From: Sulfurimonas sp.
Lineage (GTDB): Bacteria; Campylobacterota; Campylobacteria; Campylobacterales; Sulfurimonadaceae
Direction of reading: 5' to 3'
Assembly (NCBI RefSeq): GCF_026988655.1
Contig: NZ_JALSKT010000074.1
Span: forward strand, 20,000 to 83,999
DNA: 64,000 nucleotides
Positions within the stretch are counted from its first letter, which is position 1. Each line of letters opens with the position of its first letter. Under the pieces are notes generated by a model. That model was not told the origin of the DNA. It saw nothing but the letters and a program-made list of their open reading frames with translations, and searched no databases. Position numbers and translations under genes: made by a program. Shown here piece by piece: positions 57,843 through 64,000 of the stretch.

Positions 57843-58220
57843 TTAGAGTATAACCATAGCCATTTTTTTGAGTAAATCGTTGTTTCGTATAGGTTTCATT
57901 AAAAAACCATTTGCTCCAGACTCTAAAGCTTCTGCTTTTTTTGTTTCATCGGTTGTAAGGACAATGATTGGAAGTTGACGGAGGCTTTCGTCTGCTCTTA
58001 CCACTTTGAGCATCTCTATACCATTCATAACTGGCATAATGATGTCTAAAAGTATAAGGTCTATGTCATCTCTACTTTTTAATACTCCAATAGCATCAGA
58101 ACCATTTTTTGCTTCTAAAACTTCTTTAACGTGTTCACTTTTCATCAGCATTAACTTTAAAAGTTTTAAATTTATCATGTCATCATCTACAGCCAGTACA
58201 ACTAAGTCAGTTCTTTTCAT
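57843..58220 (-). CDS. Single-domain response regulator (CheY-like receiver)
   Basis: VLAVDDD...LILLDIIMPVMNG...TT...K receiver signature. 125 aa with no output domain. Confidence 0.9.
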   Translation of the reverse strand: MKRTDLVVLAVDDDMINLKLLKLMLMKSEHVKEVLEAKNGSDAIGVLKSRDDIDLILLDIIMPVMNGIEMLKVVRADESLRQLPIIVLTTDETKKAEALESGANGFLMKPIRNNDLLKKMAMVIL

Positions 58221-58231
58221 TTATATTTTCC

Positions 58232-61200
58232 TTAGATAAATTTTTCAATTACTAATCGAAGTAAGTCTTTGTTTACTACATTTTTTATTGTCTCATGTAC
58301 ATACATGATGTCATTTGGATCTTCAACAGCAGAGGAGTCATTGATAAGAACAAGATAAGATGGTAAATCTCGTAAGTCACTTGATGCTTTGACAAGTGTG
58401 GTAAAGTTTTCAAGATGCATTCCTGGAAATTCTTTATCAAATAGGATGACTTTATAGCTATTTGTTTGCACTGCGTTATTGAGTTCATCCATGTTTTGTG
58501 CAATATCATATTTATAACCCAGTGAATCTAAAACTTTTTTGAAAAGTTTTGTCTCAAAGGGAGTCTTTTTCGCGAGCAAAATATCAGCTTTATAGCTAGG
58601 TTTTTCAACTTTTGCAGGTTTTTCAACTTCCATCGGCTCTTGAACTTGTACAGTTTCTTCAACTTCTACATTTTCATCTATTTGTTTGACTTGTGCTGCT
58701 TTTGTTTTAACAATATATTGGGAAAGAAAGTGATTGAGCAACATAATGATTTCAGTACGTACAAGAGGTTTTGTAGTATATTCATCAAGTCCAGCCTCTA
58801 AAAATCTCTCTCTATCTCCTTTGAGTGCATTTGCAGTTAAGGCAACAATAGGAACATGCACTTGATTATTATCCTCTTCGTATTCAAGTATTTCGTGTGT
58901 TGCTTCTATACCATCAAGAAAAGGCATTTGTATATCCATAAAGATAAGATTATAATCACCATCCTTTCTTTTTTGAAATGCTTCAAGACCGTTTGAGGCA
59001 ATATCAACATTAAGCCCTAAATCTTCAAGGGTTCTTTTGATGAGTTTTTGATTGATTATATTGTCTTCTGCAACAAGAACTTTGGCATCGAATTTTGCAC
59101 TTTGCGTATCAAATACGGCAGCCTCTTCAAGCTCTTCTTTTCGTTCACTTTGTGTTAGTTCTTGATAATTTTGTAAAGCAACTTTTAGTTTTGAATTGTT
59201 CAGTGGTTCATAAATAGATTTGAAAATTTTGATTTGCATTTTCTCTACTACACACATAAAGAATGATTTTGTAAGTAGAATTAGTTTTTGAGATAATTCA
59301 CCATAAGCCTTGAGGTCTTCCTCATTTGTATAATCGTAATCTATAAACGTCAAGTCATAATTGATTTGTTTTTGTAATGTTTCAAGCTCATGTAAGTCTG
59401 TAAAAGTTGTATAGCTTACACCATAAAAATCTAAATATTCACGTAGATAAGCATCTTGTTTTTTTCTCTTATGTGCTGACTCTAAAATAAGCGCATTGAT
59501 ACTTGAATAGACTCCTTTTGAGCTTTCATTTACAGTTTCAATCTCTTCAAAATCTAAGGTAAAGAAGAAAGTAGTTCCTACTCCTGGCTCACTATTGAGA
59601 TCAAGTTGTCCACCCATTAGCTCTATAAATCTTGCAGAAATTGTAAGCCCAAGACCAGTACCACCATATTTACGAGTGATTGAAGTGTCAGCTTGAGAAA
59701 AAGCTTCAAATATTTTAGATTTTTGCTCGCTTGTTACACCAATACCACTATCTTGAACTTCAAAGCGAATTCTTGTAATGTTTTCTTGTTTTGATTCGAG
59801 TTTTCTAATTTCAACATTGATTGCACCCATGCTACTTGTGAATTTAACTGCGTTTGAAAGAAGATTAATAAGGACTTCTTTGATTTTAGTTGGATCACCT
59901 TTGATGGATTGCTCTAGTTGTGGATCAATAAAACACCCAAGATCAATTTGTTTTTCACTAGCACGGACTGCGTAAACTTCAACAGCACTCTCAAACTCAT
60001 CTATAGGATTAAATATTACATCTTCAATCTCAAGTTTGTTACTTTCAATTTTGGATAAATCAAGAATATTATTGATAATTTCAAGAAGGTTTTCTGAACT
60101 TTTTTCAATAATCTCTACAAATTCTGTTTGTTCTTCTTTGAGACCTGTATCTTTGAGAAGTTCCGTAAAACCAACGATTCCATTGAGTGGAGTACGTATC
60201 TCATGAGACATATTTGCGAAGAACATTGATTTGGCTTCACTTGCTTCTTGTGCAGATTCTTTATCTCGTCGTGTTTGTTCAATGATGTTTTCAAGAAGTC
60301 TGTAAGCTTCCTCGGTACCTTTTGCCGTATGGAGGTTAATATTGGAATGTTTTTCCCCATCACTTGTATCTTCAGCAACTCTTTTTAAAACATTTTCAAG
60401 ATTAAGGATATTCCTTGCAATTTCATTAGAAAGTAAAAAGCCTAGTATTGCCAAAATTACAGAAACAAGCCAGATTGTTAGGGTTATTGCGAGTAATTGT
60501 AAGGCATCAGTTTTAACTTTCATTGCTCTTTCATCCATCGCAGTTAAGAGAATATTTTCTGCTTCTGAGATGATATTAGTTTTTTCTGAAAGCATTGCAA
60601 ACCAAACACCTGCATTTGTTTCGTATTTACCCGTTGAAGCAGCAATCAAAATTGCTGCACGTTCATTGTTAATATCTTCAAAAAGCTCTTGCGCATCTTC
60701 ATTTTTAAAAATGTTATTTAGCTTTTCAATTAAAGATTTATCTTTTAAAGTATCATAGTTGAGAGAATCAGCTTTAGCAATTAAAGAAATCCATTTATTG
60801 ATATCCTCTTCTTCGAGTGGCGTAGATCTTGCAATGGCATATGAGAGATAATCACGTTCAGCTGTCGTAAACTTATTTGCTCGTACGAAAGTGATGTATC
60901 TTTCAGCGTATTGATTAATTTGGTTGTCAATTTGTGCTGAAGTAATCTTTTTGAGTTCATTAATGGCAATAGTTTCTGCTTTTCCATAAATATTTTCATA
61001 AACTTCATCAAAGTTCGTTTTATGTTTCTCAACACGAGAACGCAGATTTTTTATATTTTTCAGGGCTCTCTCAAGTTCACTCGTTGCTTTACATGTTGGA
61101 CAATTAGAAATACCATTTGAATGATCATGTAAAGAAGGAGTCTCCGTGATACTATGAAGATATTTTGCTTCAAGTGTATCAACTATCTTTCTCTGTTTTT

Positions 61201-61441
61201 TTAAAGACTTAAGGGTATTTGGAGAAGAGTTTCCTAAATAAATAACAGTCATTCCTCTTTCACGAGAAATGTTGTTTACAAGTTCATTTAACTCTCTATT
61301 TGTTGAGAGTTTATTTTGTAGTTGTTGTGCAGCCACATAATTTTGGTAAGAATTATAGACAAAGTAACTTGTCACGATAAATAATATAATAATTGGTAAA
61401 AGACTAATAAGTCTTAATCTATTCTTTAGGCTAAATTGCAT
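58232..61441 (-). CDS. Hybrid sensor histidine kinase with periplasmic NIT-like sensor domain
   Basis: TM1. About 280-aa periplasmic domain with a NIT-like ISRERGMTVIYLG motif. TM2. HisKA MSHEIRTPLNGI. HATPase (NLLSNAVKFT, DSGIGV, GGTGLGLTI). One canonical receiver (LVAEDN...FMDIQMP...TANA...KP) flanked by two degenerate receiver-like segments. Confidence 0.9.
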   Translation of the reverse strand: MQFSLKNRLRLISLLPIIILFIVTSYFVYNSYQNYVAAQQLQNKLSTNRELNELVNNISRERGMTVIYLGNSSPNTLKSLKKQRKIVDTLEAKYLHSITETPSLHDHSNGISNCPTCKATSELERALKNIKNLRSRVEKHKTNFDEVYENIYGKAETIAINELKKITSAQIDNQINQYAERYITFVRANKFTTAERDYLSYAIARSTPLEEEDINKWISLIAKADSLNYDTLKDKSLIEKLNNIFKNEDAQELFEDINNERAAILIAASTGKYETNAGVWFAMLSEKTNIISEAENILLTAMDERAMKVKTDALQLLAITLTIWLVSVILAILGFLLSNEIARNILNLENVLKRVAEDTSDGEKHSNINLHTAKGTEEAYRLLENIIEQTRRDKESAQEASEAKSMFFANMSHEIRTPLNGIVGFTELLKDTGLKEEQTEFVEIIEKSSENLLEIINNILDLSKIESNKLEIEDVIFNPIDEFESAVEVYAVRASEKQIDLGCFIDPQLEQSIKGDPTKIKEVLINLLSNAVKFTSSMGAINVEIRKLESKQENITRIRFEVQDSGIGVTSEQKSKIFEAFSQADTSITRKYGGTGLGLTISARFIELMGGQLDLNSEPGVGTTFFFTLDFEEIETVNESSKGVYSSINALILESAHKRKKQDAYLREYLDFYGVSYTTFTDLHELETLQKQINYDLTFIDYDYTNEEDLKAYGELSQKLILLTKSFFMCVVEKMQIKIFKSIYEPLNNSKLKVALQNYQELTQSERKEELEEAAVFDTQSAKFDAKVLVAEDNIINQKLIKRTLEDLGLNVDIASNGLEAFQKRKDGDYNLIFMDIQMPFLDGIEATHEILEYEEDNNQVHVPIVALTANALKGDRERFLEAGLDEYTTKPLVRTEIIMLLNHFLSQYIVKTKAAQVKQIDENVEVEETVQVQEPMEVEKPAKVEKPSYKADILLAKKTPFETKLFKKVLDSLGYKYDIAQNMDELNNAVQTNSYKVILFDKEFPGMHLENFTTLVKASSDLRDLPSYLVLINDSSAVEDPNDIMYVHETIKNVVNKDLLRLVIEKFI

Positions 61442-61443
61442 AA

Positions 61444-63063
61444 TTACTCTCCCTGCTCAGATAATTTTTTCATAATTGCTTCTATCTTTTGTACTGCTTT
61501 GGTTCGTTCTTGATGATCTGTTGCAAACATTAGATGTTTGATTTCTTCATCAAAATCATTTACTCGCATATTCTCACTCATTCCTCTTAGTTTTGAAACT
61601 TCAATTTTTATTTCACTTAAATTATCATTTTCTAAGGATTTTTTTAGTTCATCAAGAAGCGAAAAACTTTCTTGAATATAGTCATTGAAAAGTTCATTAA
61701 AACTCTCTTGATCAAGTCCAATCTCATTCGCAATTTTTGTTTTTGAATAAAGGACTTCAACTTCTGGTTCAACTTCGAGTTTAGTTTCAGGCTCAGGAAG
61801 TATTTCAAGAGTTTCAGTTGCCAATTCTGGTTCAGTCTCTTCTAGTTCCATCTCAGGTTCTAAAGTAAAATCATCTTTAAATCCTAAACTTAAGTCCTCT
61901 GTTTGTTCAACATCTGTTTTAGGTTCAGGCGTATATACTTCATCCTCTTTAAAGTCGAGCATAAAGTCATCATCAGTATCAAGAGTGTTCTCGTTTTGTA
62001 CTGCCTCTGGTACTTCTTCTAGGGATTCTTCAATTGTATCTTCTATAATTAGTTCTTCTTCTGCTGCTTCTATCTCGTCTATAAGATCTGATTCTACCTC
62101 TTCACCGGCAAGTTTTGCCATGATTTTATAGAATAAGTCTAAGTTAGTTTTGATCACTTCAATATCTGAAGTTGTATTAATAACACTTAAGGTTTCAAAA
62201 GCATCTTCAACTCTTAGATTTGCTGCAACCCCTTTAAGTTTGTGTGATAATGATTTGACATTATCTATATCTCCATCTTCTAAAGAAGCATAAAGTTCAT
62301 CTTTGAAATCATCTGCTTGGGCTATAAAATCTTGAATAAATTCTTCTATTAAATCTACGGGTAAACCTAACTCTTTGGATGCTAGAGCAGGATCATATAG
62401 ATAGCCATTATCAAATTTTTCTTTGTTATGCGCTAGCTTTGTAGTTTTTTCTTTTACAGGTTCTACTGGAATTTCTGACTTGGTTTCTTCAAAATCTATA
62501 TCTATTTTAGAATTATCTTCTATGGTTGGAGCTTGGACTGTAACAGACGGAGCTTCTTTAGAAACTGCTGGAGCTACTGGAACTGGGGTAGGTTCAAGAG
62601 AAACTTCTTGTTTGATTTTTGGTTTTGGCTGATGATCCACTTGTTGAATTGCATCTTTTTGTTCAAGCACTCTTGTATGTGTTGTAATCGCTGGTGATAA
62701 ACCATGTTGAAGATTATCTATTTCATCGTTATTGAGTTGGTGTAAATTATGTAAATAGACGAAATATGCTTTGGCCGAAGTATTTTCTATAAGGTAGCCA
62801 TTTGTAACTGATACAGTTGCCCGAAAGTGTTTTCCATTTGCGTGAATAATAACTCTTTGAATTTCTGAAGCATCAGAACATGCAACGAAGTCTATCCAGT
62901 GTACATGTTTAAAATTATGGATATATCCCGGTGTTTTTACAAACAAGTCTGCAATATCTGTCGCCTCAGCACGTAAGGCAGATAGATCGTTGTAGCCAAG
63001 TGTTTGTAAATCAGCTGCATCAATCCCGAAAAATTCTTTTTGAAAATTGTAAATTAACATCAT
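61444..63063 (-). CDS. HPt-domain phosphotransfer protein with N-terminal PAS-like domain, acidic linkers and a second degenerate HPt
   Basis: Canonical HPt motif SLSHKLKGVAANL (His codon 62242-62244). The second HPt-like module reads VSKLRGMSENM, with Ser where His is expected. Long Glu/Pro-rich linkers. Confidence 0.7.
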   Translation of the reverse strand: MMLIYNFQKEFFGIDAADLQTLGYNDLSALRAEATDIADLFVKTPGYIHNFKHVHWIDFVACSDASEIQRVIIHANGKHFRATVSVTNGYLIENTSAKAYFVYLHNLHQLNNDEIDNLQHGLSPAITTHTRVLEQKDAIQQVDHQPKPKIKQEVSLEPTPVPVAPAVSKEAPSVTVQAPTIEDNSKIDIDFEETKSEIPVEPVKEKTTKLAHNKEKFDNGYLYDPALASKELGLPVDLIEEFIQDFIAQADDFKDELYASLEDGDIDNVKSLSHKLKGVAANLRVEDAFETLSVINTTSDIEVIKTNLDLFYKIMAKLAGEEVESDLIDEIEAAEEELIIEDTIEESLEEVPEAVQNENTLDTDDDFMLDFKEDEVYTPEPKTDVEQTEDLSLGFKDDFTLEPEMELEETEPELATETLEILPEPETKLEVEPEVEVLYSKTKIANEIGLDQESFNELFNDYIQESFSLLDELKKSLENDNLSEIKIEVSKLRGMSENMRVNDFDEEIKHLMFATDHQERTKAVQKIEAIMKKLSEQGE

Positions 63064-63069
63064 GCTTCC

Positions 63070-63483
63070 TTAGTTTTGCATTTCAAGCATATTGCTATAG
63101 ATTTCTTCATTTTCTTGTATATCTTTTCTTGAAGCAGGTTTTCTTGCAGCAATATATCCTGTAATTTCATTATGGGTATCTCTTATAGGAAGAATTTCAG
63201 TATCTACCCAATAAAATAAACCATCTTTTCTTAGGTTCTTTACAAGACCATTCCAAGCTTGTCCACTTTGGATAGTTTCCCACATTTTTTTAAAAACTTC
63301 TTTAGGCATATCTGGATGTCTAAGGATGTTGTGTGGTTTACCAATTAGCTCATCATTTGTATAACCTGAAACTTTGCAAAAAGACCTGTTTGCATAGGTG
63401 ATGACACCTTTGGTGTCTGTTTGACTGATTATTATGTTTTGGTCAAAGAAATATTCTTTATCTACAGGAACAACTTTACTCAT
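63070..63483 (-). CDS. Standalone Aer/CetB-type (FAD-binding class) PAS sensor protein
   Basis: TDTKGVITYANRSFCKVSGYTNDELIGKPHNILRHPDMPKEVFKKMWETIQSGQAWNGLVKNLRKDGLFYWV matches the Aer N-terminal PAS signature closely, including NxxRHPDMP. 137 aa with no other domain. Confidence 0.85.
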   Translation of the reverse strand: MSKVVPVDKEYFFDQNIIISQTDTKGVITYANRSFCKVSGYTNDELIGKPHNILRHPDMPKEVFKKMWETIQSGQAWNGLVKNLRKDGLFYWVDTEILPIRDTHNEITGYIAARKPASRKDIQENEEIYSNMLEMQN

Positions 63484-63553
63484 TAAAAAACCTTATAATT
63501 AAGTGTCTAACTAGAATTATCACAAATATATCATAAACCTATGAAAAAAAAAC

Positions 63554-64000
63554 TTATTTATAAATATTTTTGATAGTTTTTGCATCTTTTGTATTTAAAA
63601 GTGAAGTTATATCCTCTAATGTAACTTTTTTTAGATTTTCAAATGTGCCAAAATGATTTAAAAGTTTTTGTACTTTTGCAGGAGAAATTCCATGTAAACT
63701 TAAAAGTTTACTCTCTTGGTCAAGTTTTAATTTTGTTTTTTTATGAAAAGTGATAGCACTTCGGTGTGCTTCATCTCTAAGGTTTTGAACCCATTGTAGT
63801 CTTTTATCGCTCTCTTTGAGTCGAAAGATTTCATCTTTAGTATAGATAATGTCTTTTGCTTTTCCTTTTGCTCTATGTGCTTTAGCATCTACTTTTTCTT
63901 TTGAAATTGCTATAACATCAAGATTTACAGCGTTTGAATCTAAAATATCAAGTGCTAATTTTAAAAGAGTTGCTCCTCCATCAAGTATCCAAAGGTCTGG
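63554..64000 (-). CDS. uvrC: Excinuclease ABC subunit C, C-terminal part (5' end outside window)
   Basis: The minus-strand frame is open to the window edge and is not in the ORF track because there is no start codon in the window. It translates to [13 protein letters not shown]...[14 protein letters not shown]...[25 protein letters not shown], the Endo V-like and (HhH)2 domains of UvrC. Confidence 0.85.
   Translation of the reverse strand, partial: PDLWILDGGATLLKLALDILDSNAVNLDVIAISKEKVDAKAHRAKGKAKDIIYTKDEIFRLKESDKRLQWVQNLRDEAHRSAITFHKKTKLKLDQESKLLSLHGISPAKVQKLLNHFGTFENLKKVTLEDITSLLNTKDAKTIKNIYK

Noticed and set aside
101-59855. Considered the RCTGCGTTT motif as a Chi site, a KOPS/FtsK-orienting sequence, a REP element, or a by-product of a common peptide.
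   Set aside because: Chi and KOPS motifs are strongly strand-biased within a replichore, whereas here the strand ratio is 24:14 and about 1:1 relative to transcription. REP elements are intergenic, whereas 37 of the 38 copies are coding. A peptide origin is unlikely because five reading frames and unrelated proteins are involved. Strand bias still needs a whole-genome test.
60342-60758. 138-aa plus-strand ORF inside the hybrid kinase gene.
   Set aside because: It is antisense to the NIT/TM region of a clearly real 1069-aa CDS, and its Ser/Leu/Phe-rich composition is typical of shadow frames.

Overview
This is an AT-rich chromosomal segment. Its gene content and synteny resemble a flagellated member of the Campylobacterota (epsilonproteobacteria). 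That placement rests on remembered synteny (nuoA-N followed by a pflA-like gene, bamD-lon, trxA/trxB, cheZ-like next to a U32 peptidase), not on a search.

Gene order:
- nfo (5' truncated)
- a divergent secreted lipase / FadL-family porin pair plus an AAA+ ATPase
- a complex I (nuo) operon in which NuoE/NuoF are replaced by a 74-aa protein, a NuoF-remnant::GltD-like flavoprotein and an extra NuoG paralog
- a pflA-like TPR gene
- a complete 12-gene type II secretion system in non-canonical order
- dapB, trxB-x-trxA, a bacterial globin, a PHP histidinol phosphatase
- cheZ-like/U32/purE
- an HTH coiled-coil gene, DUF89, an OMP
- glyQ, recG, hpf
- a 4-gene operon encoding a 1232-aa choice-of-anchor-L surface protein plus three minor-pilin-like proteins
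- bamD-lon
- a PAS / HPt / hybrid kinase / receiver phosphorelay operon
- uvrC (3' part)

I saw no rRNA, tRNA, CRISPR array, integrase or transposase.

Hunt highlights:
1. A CG-containing 8-9-mer, RCTGCGTTT / AAACGCAGY, occurs at least 38 times on both strands and in five of six reading frames. This looks like a DNA-uptake-sequence-like signal.
2. The electron-input module of complex I is remodelled.
3. A giant adhesin-like protein is translationally coupled to PilV/W/X-like minor pilins.
4. A small family of structured MITE-like intergenic elements shares termini and a core.
5. A standalone Aer/CetB-type PAS protein is wired to a multistep phosphorelay.

All domain calls are by-eye motif recognition. 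No searches or computations were run.
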